DNA of 64,000 nucleotides, from NCBI GenBank assembly GCA_964532425.1, contig CAZHIA010000002.1:169798-233797 (forward strand), read 5' to 3'. Origin of the DNA: an uncultured Candidatus Saccharibacteria bacterium (lineage in GTDB: Bacteria; Patescibacteriota; Doudnabacteria; UBA920). How positions within the stretch are numbered: position 1 is the first letter of the stretch; each line of letters begins with the position of its first letter. Below the pieces are notes generated by a model. That model saw nothing but the letters and a program-made list of their open reading frames with translations. It was not told the origin of the DNA and ran no database searches. Both the position numbers and the translations under genes were made by a program. This document shows, in pieces, positions 15,527 to 24,997 of the stretch.

Positions 15527-16651
15527 ATGCAGAAGGAGAAAGCGGTGTCGAGCCTTAAGGATCTGGCGGCATTGCTGGGCCGGCAAGGGATTACCGACCG
15601 GAAAAAGTATAGCGAATGGAGCAAAAGGCACGTGCCGGATCTGGAAGACTTGCTGTGGTACCGGCAGGAATCTGGCATGCCGGCAGTTAATACGCTTGTC
15701 AAACCGGCATTCCATCCGAAGCTGCCACTCATGTTGTTCAATTACACGAACGTAGCTCATAACACACTCCACGGTTTTCCGAGCGGCTGGACCGACCCGA
15801 TCCGGCTGTGCCGCGGTATAGTATTTGATCTCTCAGGAAATCTCGTGGCCTTGCCCTTCCCCAAGTTCTTCAACTTCGGGGAGCACGAAGAAACCAAGAA
15901 TCTGCCGGATGAACCTTTCGAGGCAACGGCCAAGTTTGACGGGCATTTGGGCGTCATTTTCGAATACGATGGCCAGTTGCTTCTGACTACGCGGGTCATG
16001 TTCGACGGCCCGACCGGACAGCTCGGTAATGTTATGCTGAACCGGTACGCCGAAAAGTACGGCTGGCAAAAGTCGTACCCGGGCAACGTGACCGTGTGCG
16101 CCGAGATTGTCCATCCCAATACTCATGTGCTGACCGATTATGGCCAGCGCGAAGAACTGGTGGCGATTGGTGCGTTCGACCGGACGACACTGGACGATTA
16201 TTGCCACTGCCGCCTTGGCGATCTTGCCGACCAACTGCAGCTGTCTGCTGCCGATGTCTGGCCGGGGGAGAACGTGGCAGACCTAGTGGAATACATGCGC
16301 GATGATACGGTGACCAACCGGGAGGGGTTCGTGGCCCGGTTCCAGAGCGGCTTGCGGGTCAAGTTCAAGTTCAAAACATACATAGGGAAGATGGTGGCTC
16401 AAAAATTGAGCTATCCCTACTTGATGAACCGTTTTCGAACAGGTAACCTGCGGCGCATGCTGGATACGCTGCCCGAAGAGGTTATGCCCGAAGCCCTGCA
16501 GATGCTCGGACAGATTATGCTCTGTGTGAGCGACGGTGATACGCCTCAGCAGCGGTGGCGCAACCTGTACCCATTGGTGGAAGCCGGTAACTCCTACCAA
16601 CAAGGCGTCTGTCGCGACTTCGTGAAGTCCTTATCTGCAAGTGCCAAGTAA
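15527..16651 (+). CDS. ATP-dependent RNA ligase-like nucleotidyltransferase (KxDG superfamily)
   Basis: Motif I 'KFDGH', motif IV 'EGFVAR' and motif V 'LRVKFKFK' are present. Start set at the ATG with an AAGGAGG SD sequence (aa 20 of the ORF). Confidence 0.6.
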   Translation: MQKEKAVSSLKDLAALLGRQGITDRKKYSEWSKRHVPDLEDLLWYRQESGMPAVNTLVKPAFHPKLPLMLFNYTNVAHNTLHGFPSGWTDPIRLCRGIVFDLSGNLVALPFPKFFNFGEHEETKNLPDEPFEATAKFDGHLGVIFEYDGQLLLTTRVMFDGPTGQLGNVMLNRYAEKYGWQKSYPGNVTVCAEIVHPNTHVLTDYGQREELVAIGAFDRTTLDDYCHCRLGDLADQLQLSAADVWPGENVADLVEYMRDDTVTNREGFVARFQSGLRVKFKFKTYIGKMVAQKLSYPYLMNRFRTGNLRRMLDTLPEEVMPEALQMLGQIMLCVSDGDTPQQRWRNLYPLVEAGNSYQQGVCRDFVKSLSASAK

Positions 16652-16655
16652 TCAT

Positions 16656-16694
16656 AAACCGCCCCACTCTTTATTCGTAAAGGGGGGCGGTTTT
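16656..16694. terminator. bidirectional terminator between convergent genes
   Basis: ccgcccc/ggggcgg stem followed by tttt. Confidence 0.55.
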
Positions 16695-16732
16695 ACTATT
16701 TCGCTATTTCACTCTTCGCTAATCGCTACTTG

Positions 16733-16960
16733 TTACATTGCCGGCTGTACCGGCTGCGCAGCGGTAACCGGCTTGCGGTTGTAGGTAAATGCTTCCCAAA
16801 TGGCAGACAAGCCGACCAGAATATAGACGATCTTCGGGAGCACATCGGTCATGTGCATGCCAAGCATCGTAAATAGGTCTTTATTGAACAGTCCGACGAG
16901 CAGCCAGTTCAATCCTCCAATGACCAGGAGAATAAAAGCAATGATGTGTAAGGCTTTCAT
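16733..16960 (-). CDS. DUF378-family small membrane protein
   Basis: Signature 'GGLNWLLVGLF'. Start set to the internal ATG (aa 79 of the ORF), which has a GGGGGTGA SD sequence. Confidence 0.7.
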   Translation of the reverse strand: MKALHIIAFILLVIGGLNWLLVGLFNKDLFTMLGMHMTDVLPKIVYILVGLSAIWEAFTYNRKPVTAAQPVQPAM

Positions 16961-17079
16961 TATACTCACCCCCTTTCGGAAAAGATGGGTTATTTGATGT
17001 AGTCGTGAGAAAGCGATGTAAGTAACCTTTGGCGTGTAAAAGGAAATTGATTGTTTGTTGGTGAGTTTCCAATTTCTAA

Positions 17080-17095
17080 TCCGCCAGCTGGCGGA
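17080..17095. repeat. perfect 16-bp palindrome tccgccagctggcgga flanked by direct CCAATTTC repeats; the same 16-mer recurs at 60301-60316
   Basis: Read directly from the sequence, ~120 bp upstream of the DUF378 gene. Confidence 0.5.
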
Positions 17096-17217
17096 CCAAT
17101 TTCCAATAGGACATACAACACTTGGCTGTAGTGCAGGCCCGCTTGGCCTCCGAAGTTTTAACGAAGGAGGGTAGCTTGCCGTGTCACAGGTCAATGGTTA
17201 AGTGTCAATTGTTGCAC

Positions 17218-19638
17218 CTATTTGTTCAGTTCCGCCATGGTGAGGGGTCCCATGGTACCGGTCACCCGGATTTTGTGCAGTTTCTGGTACGCTTTGACTG
17301 CTGCCATGGTCTGGCCTCCAAACTTGCCAGTCACGGGTCCTTTATAAATTCCTTCCTCGGTCAGGCGTTTTTGCAGTTCAGTTACGTCGTTGTTGAGATC
17401 GCCGAGCGCCAGCTGTTTGGTAAACTTGAATTTCGTGTTGGTCGGCGTAGTCGGCATGGTCACGGTACCCGTAGAGGGAGGTGGGGTGGCCGGGGAGGTG
17501 ACGGTAATAGCCAGGGTTGCACATTGCCCGCCGCTTTGGCAGATGGATGCGCTGGTTGAACCGGCTGAAAGCGCCATAATGGTGACTGCACTGCCGATAA
17601 TTTGTACCGAGGCGACGCTCGGATTGCTGTTACCCGACAAATAGTAACCGCCGTTGCCGGAAGCGGTCACGGTCTGGGAGAGTCCCGAGGTCAGGGTCAT
17701 GCTGGCCTGGCTCAAAGTGAGGGGAGTAGCGCTGCTGGTGGTTCCCGGATTGACGGTTACGGTCAGCGGCTTGCAGCTACTGGTAGACGCGCAGACCACA
17801 ATTGTGGCCGTGCCACTGGCCTGTCCTGCCAAGGTGAGGGTGGTGCCGTTCATGGTTGGGACAACCGCCGAAGGATTCGAATTAGCTGCCACATAGTAAC
17901 TATTGCCGGTTCCTCCCGAAACTGCAACTGTCATGGTCTGGCCGCCATTGAGCGTAGGATTGCTCTGGCTAAAAGCTGGCAGAGCGGTGGTTGTGGAATT
18001 GTTAGAAACGGAAATGAATAGGATGGCACACTGTCCGCCGCTTTGACAGATGGAGACATTCGTTGTTCCTACCGACAGCGCGCTAATAATGGCAATGCTG
18101 CCTGTAATTTGGATAGAAGCAATGTTTTGATTGGTGCTGTTGGAAACGTAGTAGCCGCCCGCCCCGGACATGGTTATTGCCGTAGCCGCTCCCGTATTGA
18201 GCGTGACATTATTCTGACTGAAGGCGATTGGCGTGCCGGAACCGGACGCGTTTACGGTCACGGCTAGCGCGGAACACGCACCGCCGGCTGAACAGACATT
18301 AATGGTGGTGGAACCGACATTAATGCCGGAGACGGTCACAATGTTTCCGTTAATGCTAGACTGGGCAATGTTGGCAGAACCGCTGGCGGCCACCACGCTG
18401 TAAGGAGTGGTGCCACCAGACACGGTCACGCTTAAGACCTGGCCGGCTAGCAGGGAAATGCTGCTTTGGCTTAATGCCAGCGGCCCGCCGGTGGAAGTGT
18501 AGCTGACCGTGGCAGTAAGCCAGCCGCAGTTTGCCGAAGATGAACAGACGGTAATGGTTGCGGATCCGTTGCTATTTCCGTATAGGTTCAGGCTGCTGCC
18601 GGAGACCGTGGCTTGGACGGAGTTGGCATTGGAGTTAGCGGAAACATAGTACGAACCGTTCGATCCGCCGGAGAGTGCAATGGCCAGGTTTTGGCCGATG
18701 GTCAGGCTGGGATTGTTCTGGCTGAATGTCACCGTGGATGTGCTGGTGCTACTGATAGTGGCATTAATGATGCCGCAGGAGCTCATGTTGGAAGAACAGA
18801 CCGTAATGGCGGAAGTTGCCCCGCTGCTGCCGTTGGCGGTGAGCGTGATGGTCGAGCCTGAAATGCTGGTCTGGACAGCGGCTGAGTTGGAATTATTCAG
18901 GACCGAGTAGGTACCGTTCCCCCCGGAAATGGTAATGGGTACGCTTTGGCTCGTGCCGAGCGTGACGCTGCTCATACTGAAGGTTAGCGGGGTGGAAGCG
19001 GTGCTGCTGACAGTCACATAGATGCTGGCGCAATTGGCCGGATTCGTCGTGCCTACGGCAGTCGTGCTGGCGGGAATGCAGACCGTGGCTACGGTGGATC
19101 CGTAGCTGAGGCCGATGACCGTGATTTGGTTGCCGCTAATGTTGATGTTAGCGATCGGGGGATTAGAGCTATTGGACAGGTAGAGGGAATTGGCAGGGAC
19201 GTTTAAGGCAGTTAAGCTCACTGACTGGCCGACCGTGACCGAAACAGCGGTTTGACTGAGCGTAAACGAACCGCTGGCAGCGGTTGTGGTATCCGGCCAG
19301 ACTGCGGCGGCAGATGTCTGGCCGCCGACGCTGACCGTGATTGAGCTGCCGGCTGTAATGCCGTAGTTAGCAGTCCCAATAGTGGTCGTGTAGTTGCCGC
19401 TGGCATTCGTAGTCCCGAGGTAGGACATAGCCTGTCCGGTGCCGAGCTTGTTGTATGACAAAATGACTCCGGAATTGGCATCGCCATTGACCGTAATATC
19501 GACCGAATCAGAAGTCCCCGAGCGGGACAGCGACAGGGTCGGGGTCGCAGCCGAGGCGGAAGGAGTAAACACAAAAGTCGTTGCCGTGACCATCATCAAA
19601 GCAGCGGCCAAGAGAAGCAGGTTGTATGTTTTTTTCAT
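17218..19638 (-). CDS. secreted cell-surface protein with ~8 tandem Cys-pair repeats and a C-terminal peptidoglycan-binding (PG_binding_1-like) domain
   Basis: Signal peptide present. A repeated unit of ~85 aa ends in '...TITVCSS..C..L..TV'. The C-terminus reads 'GDLNNDVTELQKRL...GPVTGKFGGQTMAAVKAYQ'. Confidence 0.8.
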   Translation of the reverse strand: MKKTYNLLLLAAALMMVTATTFVFTPSASAATPTLSLSRSGTSDSVDITVNGDANSGVILSYNKLGTGQAMSYLGTTNASGNYTTTIGTANYGITAGSSITVSVGGQTSAAAVWPDTTTAASGSFTLSQTAVSVTVGQSVSLTALNVPANSLYLSNSSNPPIANINISGNQITVIGLSYGSTVATVCIPASTTAVGTTNPANCASIYVTVSSTASTPLTFSMSSVTLGTSQSVPITISGGNGTYSVLNNSNSAAVQTSISGSTITLTANGSSGATSAITVCSSNMSSCGIINATISSTSTSTVTFSQNNPSLTIGQNLAIALSGGSNGSYYVSANSNANSVQATVSGSSLNLYGNSNGSATITVCSSSANCGWLTATVSYTSTGGPLALSQSSISLLAGQVLSVTVSGGTTPYSVVAASGSANIAQSSINGNIVTVSGINVGSTTINVCSAGGACSALAVTVNASGSGTPIAFSQNNVTLNTGAATAITMSGAGGYYVSNSTNQNIASIQITGSIAIISALSVGTTNVSICQSGGQCAILFISVSNNSTTTALPAFSQSNPTLNGGQTMTVAVSGGTGNSYYVAANSNPSAVVPTMNGTTLTLAGQASGTATIVVCASTSSCKPLTVTVNPGTTSSATPLTLSQASMTLTSGLSQTVTASGNGGYYLSGNSNPSVASVQIIGSAVTIMALSAGSTSASICQSGGQCATLAITVTSPATPPPSTGTVTMPTTPTNTKFKFTKQLALGDLNNDVTELQKRLTEEGIYKGPVTGKFGGQTMAAVKAYQKLHKIRVTGTMGPLTMAELNK

Positions 19639-19754
19639 GGCTGTATTTGTTGATATTTATGAATTAATTATACCACCAATGAACCGTAAAATAAAGGAAA
19701 TCTTCCGTCCCGACAATTGGTGCGGCCGCTTAACAGTCACCATCAAGCGACAAT

Positions 19755-19783
19755 GTAAAAAAGCGCCGGAAGCAGTTCCGGCG
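19755..19783 (-). terminator. rho-independent terminator of the deacetylase gene
   Basis: gcgccggaa/ttccggcgc hairpin with a T-tract on the minus strand. Confidence 0.6.
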
Positions 19784-19808
19784 CTGGGATGGATTGGCCA
19801 GGAGGAAG

Positions 19809-21032
19809 TTATTCGGGATAGAGATCCTGAATACCCTGGCTAACCGTGATGATGCGAAGTTTTTTATCGAGCGCGTATTTGACCGCGGCTTGGAAGTTAT
19901 CCGGCGTGAATGCAAACTCGCTCCCGGACGTGTTGATCTGGTGAAAGAGGATAATGAGCCAGGTCTTTTGCTGCTGCGCCTGGTCCATCCAGGATTTGAC
20001 GGTCTCGAGCGTTATAGGGACCGGCACATTGTCGATGGCTTTCACTTTTAGCCGGTACCGGCTCGTGGTCGGCGTATTAAAGCCGTCATCACTGGTGCGG
20101 GCGGCGGCAAACGCCGGTTTGACAATGCTATCAGCCACGCCGTTGTATTTGCCATACGGGTAAGCAAATATCGTGATGGCGGTACGGGCAATGCCGCGCA
20201 GCTCTGTCTGTCCCCAGACGATTTCGTTTGTGGCACTCGTGGGATCAAGCAGGGTCAGGTCAGGGTGGGTTCGCGTATGGGCGCTGATCTCGTGGTTTTG
20301 CAAAACCAGCATTCTCAGATCGGCGGAAGTCATGCGGTCCGGTTGGTCAAGGAATTGGGAAACCGCAAAGAAATTCAGCCGCACGCCCAGGTTGGCCGCC
20401 CACTGCCCGAGCGGGACCTGGTTGGCCCAGCTATCGTCCAGGTCAAAGGTTACCCGGCCTTCGGGGAACTGCAAAGCGCTGGTCGGGGTGGTGGCGACGA
20501 GTCCATAGTTGTCCGTATCCAGCGTACCAATGCCTGCAATGAGGTGAAAGACGGTCGCTGAAGTGGTCCCTGGCGGGGGAGTAAATGCCAGACTGGCCTT
20601 GCTCCAACTGCTTGGTGAAGCAGGAATTGCCTGGAAGCCGCCGTAACTGAGCGCGCCCAGCGAATTTCGAAACTGGACAACGAGCCAGGAGGAAATGTCG
20701 CACTTATATTGGTTGGTGAACAGGTAGGTTTGTCCGGCTGTGACGGGGGCGTCCTGAAAGTACCACTTGGCATCACCATCCCAATAGCTGGTGATCTTGA
20801 CCTCGACTGCCCGGTCAGATATGCCGTTCGGTCCATTGACCGGATAGGTATAGGTGCGCGTGTTGGTGCCCCAACCGCCCCGCAGCCAGCCATCCGGGTC
20901 CGTACTGTCTCGTCCCGCGTTTTCCATGCCCGGGTTGGCTATGAGATTGATTTGGGCAAAAGCCGCACCGGGCAAAAATACCATGACAGCCATCAGCAGT
21001 AGCGCAGATGCTATTCTTCGCATTGGGTTCAT
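19809..21032 (-). CDS. secreted polysaccharide deacetylase (NodB homology) with an N-terminal carbohydrate-binding-like domain
   Basis: Signal peptide present. NodB motifs 'TFDLDD', 'HTRTHPDL' and 'AYPYG' are present. Confidence 0.75.
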   Translation of the reverse strand: MNPMRRIASALLLMAVMVFLPGAAFAQINLIANPGMENAGRDSTDPDGWLRGGWGTNTRTYTYPVNGPNGISDRAVEVKITSYWDGDAKWYFQDAPVTAGQTYLFTNQYKCDISSWLVVQFRNSLGALSYGGFQAIPASPSSWSKASLAFTPPPGTTSATVFHLIAGIGTLDTDNYGLVATTPTSALQFPEGRVTFDLDDSWANQVPLGQWAANLGVRLNFFAVSQFLDQPDRMTSADLRMLVLQNHEISAHTRTHPDLTLLDPTSATNEIVWGQTELRGIARTAITIFAYPYGKYNGVADSIVKPAFAAARTSDDGFNTPTTSRYRLKVKAIDNVPVPITLETVKSWMDQAQQQKTWLIILFHQINTSGSEFAFTPDNFQAAVKYALDKKLRIITVSQGIQDLYPE

Positions 21033-21208
21033 GCATTCTCCTTGTGATTGTAATGTGCTAGAAGCGTAACAACATGAGCAAGACAGCAGCGCTCAGCTGT
21101 CGCGTATTCCTTTGAATATCAGCATCATAATTGACGGCTCACGTTATACAAAAATACGCACGGAGAAGCAGGTTTATATTTTTTTCTTTGCTCTCATGCC
21201 GTTTTTAC

Positions 21209-21232
21209 GAAAAAAGCCGGCTCATGCCGGCT
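21209..21232 (-). terminator. rho-independent terminator of the pilin gene
   Basis: gccggc(tcat)gccggc hairpin with T6 on the minus strand. Confidence 0.65.
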
Positions 21233-21241
21233 CTATGCAGA

Positions 21242-21754
21242 CTACCAACTCACTCCGCCCGGGGTTGAAACCTGCCAGGACCACCCTGGCCTGACTGGGT
21301 CATAGAATGGGTCGCTCGCCGGGTATCCTGTTTCAGCCAGACAGTGGGCCATGAGTTTGTAATTTTTTCCGTCGGACAGGTAAATATAACAGGCCCAGGC
21401 TGGGGTGGCGCAAGTGCCGACGCCGGTGCCCGGATCGTGCGGGAGCTTGGTAATGTACTGCGGGGCCAGGTTGGGAATCCAGGCGTTGCTGCCGGTTAGG
21501 CCATGGCTGCCCCCGTTGGAACATTCTCCCCACCAAGTGCCGTCTGTCGTGGGATACTGGTTGTTGTCGCTGTAGTACAGTTCCAAGGCTTTGGACAACT
21601 GGGACAAGTTGCCTTTGCGCTGCGCGTCGCGGCTTTTCATCCGGGCCGCGTTCAAAGACACCAGCACGACCGAGGACAGCAGGCCGATAATGGAAATAAC
21701 AACGAGTAATTCGATTAAGGTAAACCCGTACACCAGCTCCCTCCTCGAGCGCAC
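21242..21754 (-). CDS. type IV pilin/pseudopilin with a prepilin N-terminal methylation motif
   Basis: 'G|FTLIELLVVISIIGLL' is present. Start proposed at the in-frame GTG, giving the leader MRSRRELVYG. The ORF track's upstream ATG would give an implausible >40-aa leader. Confidence 0.6.
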   Translation of the reverse strand: MRSRRELVYGFTLIELLVVISIIGLLSSVVLVSLNAARMKSRDAQRKGNLSQLSKALELYYSDNNQYPTTDGTWWGECSNGGSHGLTGSNAWIPNLAPQYITKLPHDPGTGVGTCATPAWACYIYLSDGKNYKLMAHCLAETGYPASDPFYDPVRPGWSWQVSTPGGVSW

Positions 21755-21971
21755 TTCATTTTTCTGCTGCCTCTCCGGATGAGCCGCCTTGAGGAGTAAA
21801 CCGTGATTGAGTGGTGCCGGGGTAAAATCTTTTTGTTTCGTATGCATATTCTCCGGTGCTTGTATTGTAACAATTCCGTGCCAGATGGCAATCACTTTAA
21901 AAATACCCCGTTTCGTGACGATTTTCACGAAACAGGGTATGAGGTTGCCTGATGTCCGTATTGAGAGCGAG

Positions 21972-22493
21972 CTACTTTTCGGTTTTGATCGGATCCACCT
22001 GAACGGGAGTGATTTGTTCCTGCTGCCCGGGGTGCTCTGTGGAGAGCGTGGGCGGGACGGGAGGCAGTGGGTGCGGTGCTGGTGGTATGGACCTTCGTTT
22101 CCGTTCCGTTTCCACTTGGTAGGATCGGTAGAATACGGTCATAAACAACACCCACCAGATAATGACGCCGATGAGGGATTTGGGAGAAGCTGCGACTTGC
22201 ACGACCTTGTCCAGGGTCCACATGGCCATGAGGACTCCGGAAGCCCAGCGATGCCCGCGGGCTACGAAAAAGGCCAGCGGCGCATAGAGGACAAGCGCAT
22301 ATATGTACGTGTCCTTGCCGATTAATCCGGTGAAGGAAAGTAGAATAGTGATGCACAGCGAGAATGTGACTGCCAGCACCGTGGCTCCGCGGCTGGTATG
22401 GAGGAATCGCAGTGTGTCATACTCGTTTACCTGGCGTTCCAGGTCTTCGGGCTTTAAAGCCCAGAAGGGTGTGTGTTGTTTTTGGTTATCCAT
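21972..22493 (-). CDS. hypothetical membrane protein with a Pro-rich C-terminus
   Basis: 173-aa product with three transmembrane helices. Confidence 0.5.
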   Translation of the reverse strand: MDNQKQHTPFWALKPEDLERQVNEYDTLRFLHTSRGATVLAVTFSLCITILLSFTGLIGKDTYIYALVLYAPLAFFVARGHRWASGVLMAMWTLDKVVQVAASPKSLIGVIIWWVLFMTVFYRSYQVETERKRRSIPPAPHPLPPVPPTLSTEHPGQQEQITPVQVDPIKTEK

Positions 22494-22614
22494 AATTGTG
22501 AGTTGGCTTGTATGTGTTTTTACGTGTCGCTGTAATCATATCAAATTTTCGGCTCATGTAATAGGAATATGGGCATTCTGCCACCGTCCCGTTTTTCACC
22601 GGGGTCCTGAATAG

Positions 22615-22643
22615 GAAAAAGCGGCACCGGAAGCGGTGCCGCT
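22615..22643 (-). terminator. rho-independent terminator of the GH6 gene
   Basis: gcggcaccg/cggtgccgc hairpin with T5 on the minus strand. Confidence 0.6.
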
Positions 22644-22671
22644 TGGGCGGGACAAGATGCGCTGGGGTGTT

Positions 22672-23703
22672 CTACCACAACGCTTTTGAGGAAAGCCCTA
22701 AAACATAATCAGGCATAAACGTTCCGCCGTCGGGCTCGCCCGGCCGGCAGCCGCCGTCGGATTCCCCAGGAGGCTTCCACCAGAACAGAAGAATGGGAAA
22801 TTTGTAGCGCAGTTCAAACTGCGGGCGGTCGCCGAGCGCACGGCCCGGGGGATTGCACCAGGGATACGGGGTGGAATTGTCTTGCAGCGGGCCGCGGCCA
22901 TTCCTGGCGGTATCGATGGTAGCGCCACCAATTTGTATACTGTAAGCGGTCCGCAGGGTTTCATACAGATCATTGGTATAGACCAGAGTGGGAGATAGAT
23001 ACTCGAAACCCGAAACGTTTGCCGAAAATCCGTAGGCTCTGCTGATACCGGCGCGGGCTAGGCGGTCGGCCATGACTTGTACGGAATTCCATGCGGGGTG
23101 CTGCGGGTCGGCCACGGTCCAAGCGGAATTGCCGGCATCCAGGAAGGTATACACATTGGGCGCAGCAGCGAGCGCCTGCACGGCGTAGTTGATAAGATCG
23201 AGCCGAATTTGCTGCTGCGTGGCGTCCATGCAATCCATGTCGGGTAGCGCGTCAGGTTCCAAAACAATGGAAATGACTAGGTCAGGGCGAATGCCGATTC
23301 CCGCAGTGAAACCGTCGACCCAGTTTTTGTAAGCCTGTGGCGCGGGAGAGCCGCCGCCGGATAGCCCGCTGCAGACATCGCGCTGGTACATATTGTAGAT
23401 GACCAGGCCAACAAGCACTTTTTTGCGCTGCGCTGGGTCTGCGTATGAATTGATGGCAGCGGCATAGTTCTGCGCCCGCGACAGCAAGTTGTCCACGTCT
23501 GTCCGTATGTCCGTGTTCCAGTCCCCAAACCAGAATCCGTGCGGCTGGTTGGCAACTTTGGACATGAGGGCCAGTTTGTCCGGCTGGTCCTGGTTCCTGG
23601 ACATCCACTCTTGCATATAGCCGGGTGGTTCGATATAGAACGTGACATCGTCGGCAGCAGCAGGATGCAAAAGGAGCAGAAATAAGCAGAGCGAATTCCT
23701 CAA
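22672..23703 (-). CDS. secreted glycoside hydrolase family 6 (endoglucanase/cellobiohydrolase family)
   Basis: Signal peptide present. 'IVLEPDALPDM' and C-terminal 'WWKPPGESDGGC' match the GH6 catalytic signatures. Confidence 0.7.
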   Translation of the reverse strand: MRNSLCLFLLLLHPAAADDVTFYIEPPGYMQEWMSRNQDQPDKLALMSKVANQPHGFWFGDWNTDIRTDVDNLLSRAQNYAAAINSYADPAQRKKVLVGLVIYNMYQRDVCSGLSGGGSPAPQAYKNWVDGFTAGIGIRPDLVISIVLEPDALPDMDCMDATQQQIRLDLINYAVQALAAAPNVYTFLDAGNSAWTVADPQHPAWNSVQVMADRLARAGISRAYGFSANVSGFEYLSPTLVYTNDLYETLRTAYSIQIGGATIDTARNGRGPLQDNSTPYPWCNPPGRALGDRPQFELRYKFPILLFWWKPPGESDGGCRPGEPDGGTFMPDYVLGLSSKALW

Positions 23704-23753
23704 ACGAATCCTCCTTGTACGCCTTTGTGACGAATCAGCGCAAAATGCCTTGC

Positions 23754-23789
23754 AATAAAAATGCCCGAGCGGGGTATCCGCCCGGGCAT
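23754..23789 (-). terminator. terminator of the cupredoxin gene
   Basis: atgcccg...cgggcat hairpin with a T-tract on the minus strand. Confidence 0.5.
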
Positions 23790-23833
23790 GGTATAAGGAC
23801 TAGAATCATTCGTTAAACTGCGAGTCTTGGCGC

Positions 23834-24259
23834 TTACTTTACATTGAGCGTCCCGACCATACCGCGCTCACGATGACCGTCTATAGAACAATACATCTGG
23901 AACGTGCCGGCATTGTCCGCGACGAACTGTACGGTTTGCGAATTACCAGTTCCGACCGCCTCGGTTTTTACGTGGTAGCTGTCGATAACAAGGTTATGTG
24001 GGTAGTCCGTAGCGACATTTTGGAAATTGATCACCACAGTATCTCCTTTGTTGACCGTGATGGTGTTCGGTGAAAAAAAGTAGTCGCCGCCTTGGATGGT
24101 GAAGGTCTTTGTCTGTCCGGTGGATGGGGTGGAGTTGGAAGTGGATGTTGTGGTGTTTTGGGGAGTCGGAGGACTGTTTTGGGTGGTAGAAGAGTTTTGG
24201 CTGCTGCACCCGGCAGCCAACAGAAGGATTGCAGCAGAAGTGATGATAGTTTTTTTCAT
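23834..24259 (-). CDS. cupredoxin-like lipoprotein (type-1 copper site ligands present)
   Basis: Lipobox 'LLAAGCS' present. His in 'DYPHNLV' plus 'YCSIDGHRERGM' gives a C-x4-H-x4-M arrangement. Confidence 0.7.
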   Translation of the reverse strand: MKKTIITSAAILLLAAGCSSQNSSTTQNSPPTPQNTTTSTSNSTPSTGQTKTFTIQGGDYFFSPNTITVNKGDTVVINFQNVATDYPHNLVIDSYHVKTEAVGTGNSQTVQFVADNAGTFQMYCSIDGHRERGMVGTLNVK

Positions 24260-24345
24260 AATGAATTTGTTTTACATTTAATATGACAAATAATAATTAT
24301 TATAAACCCGGTGTGCCTTGTTCGGCAGCGCCATCGAATAACGAA

Positions 24346-24867
24346 TTACGCATCTGTCTTTACGGGTTCTCCTATATCCCTGGGCGCAAATACCCAGAGC
24401 CGCTTCAGGCTGAAGTTCCAGATGGTACTAAAGATGGTGGAAAAGATCTTGGAGACGAGGTCGTTGATGCCGATCCATCTGATAAACAGGAATAGGATCA
24501 GACTATTAATGAGCAGGCCGCTTAAGGTGGTGCTATAAAAGCGCAGGGCTTCGCCCGGAGTGGGTGCGTTAGTCTGGCGAAACGTCCAGGTACGGTTGGC
24601 AAAGAAGCTAAAAGTTGTGCCGCAGACAAAGGAGATAGCATTGGCCAGGTATTTGGTCGGACCGTGGTAGTCGAAAAAAGCTGTATGCCTGGTCAGCGTT
24701 GCGTATATGCCAAAATCGATCAGTGTATTGATCGCGCCGATAAGGGCGAATTTGACAAACTGGTGGCTGACTTCGCGGTGTTGTTTGGCCGGCAGGAACA
24801 GTGCAAGAATAGTATATATTTTTTGGTCAATGGTATTGAGAAGGTTTTTAAATCTGGAGAAGGTCAT
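24346..24867 (-). CDS. GtrA-family membrane protein
   Basis: 'FVKFALIGAINTLIDFGIY' and four transmembrane helices. Start set to the internal ATG (aa 10 of the ORF). Confidence 0.65.
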   Translation of the reverse strand: MTFSRFKNLLNTIDQKIYTILALFLPAKQHREVSHQFVKFALIGAINTLIDFGIYATLTRHTAFFDYHGPTKYLANAISFVCGTTFSFFANRTWTFRQTNAPTPGEALRFYSTTLSGLLINSLILFLFIRWIGINDLVSKIFSTIFSTIWNFSLKRLWVFAPRDIGEPVKTDA

Positions 24868-24997
24868 GGAGTGTTCCAAGAATGCTGTTTGCACCGGTTA
24901 CTGATAAGTTTGGCGAGAGGTATTGTCTTTGTTAGCGACGACCGGGTTGGCGTGCTCCTTACGAAACCGGAACGCTAAAATACAGGTAGCGGAGAGA

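Noticed and set aside
17390-18910. Several plus-strand ORFs (17390-17644, 17602-18021, 17654-17896, 18043-18267, 18613-18861, 18680-18910) inside the 806-aa repeat-protein gene
   Set aside because: They are antisense and Ala/Gly/Arg-rich, as expected from the opposite strand of Ser/Thr/Gly-rich repeats. The minus-strand gene has a signal peptide and a conserved C-terminal domain.
21242-21928. Pilin start at the ATG given by the ORF track
   Set aside because: It would give a >40-aa leader before the G|FTLIE cleavage site, which is atypical for prepilins. The in-frame GTG gives a canonical leader.
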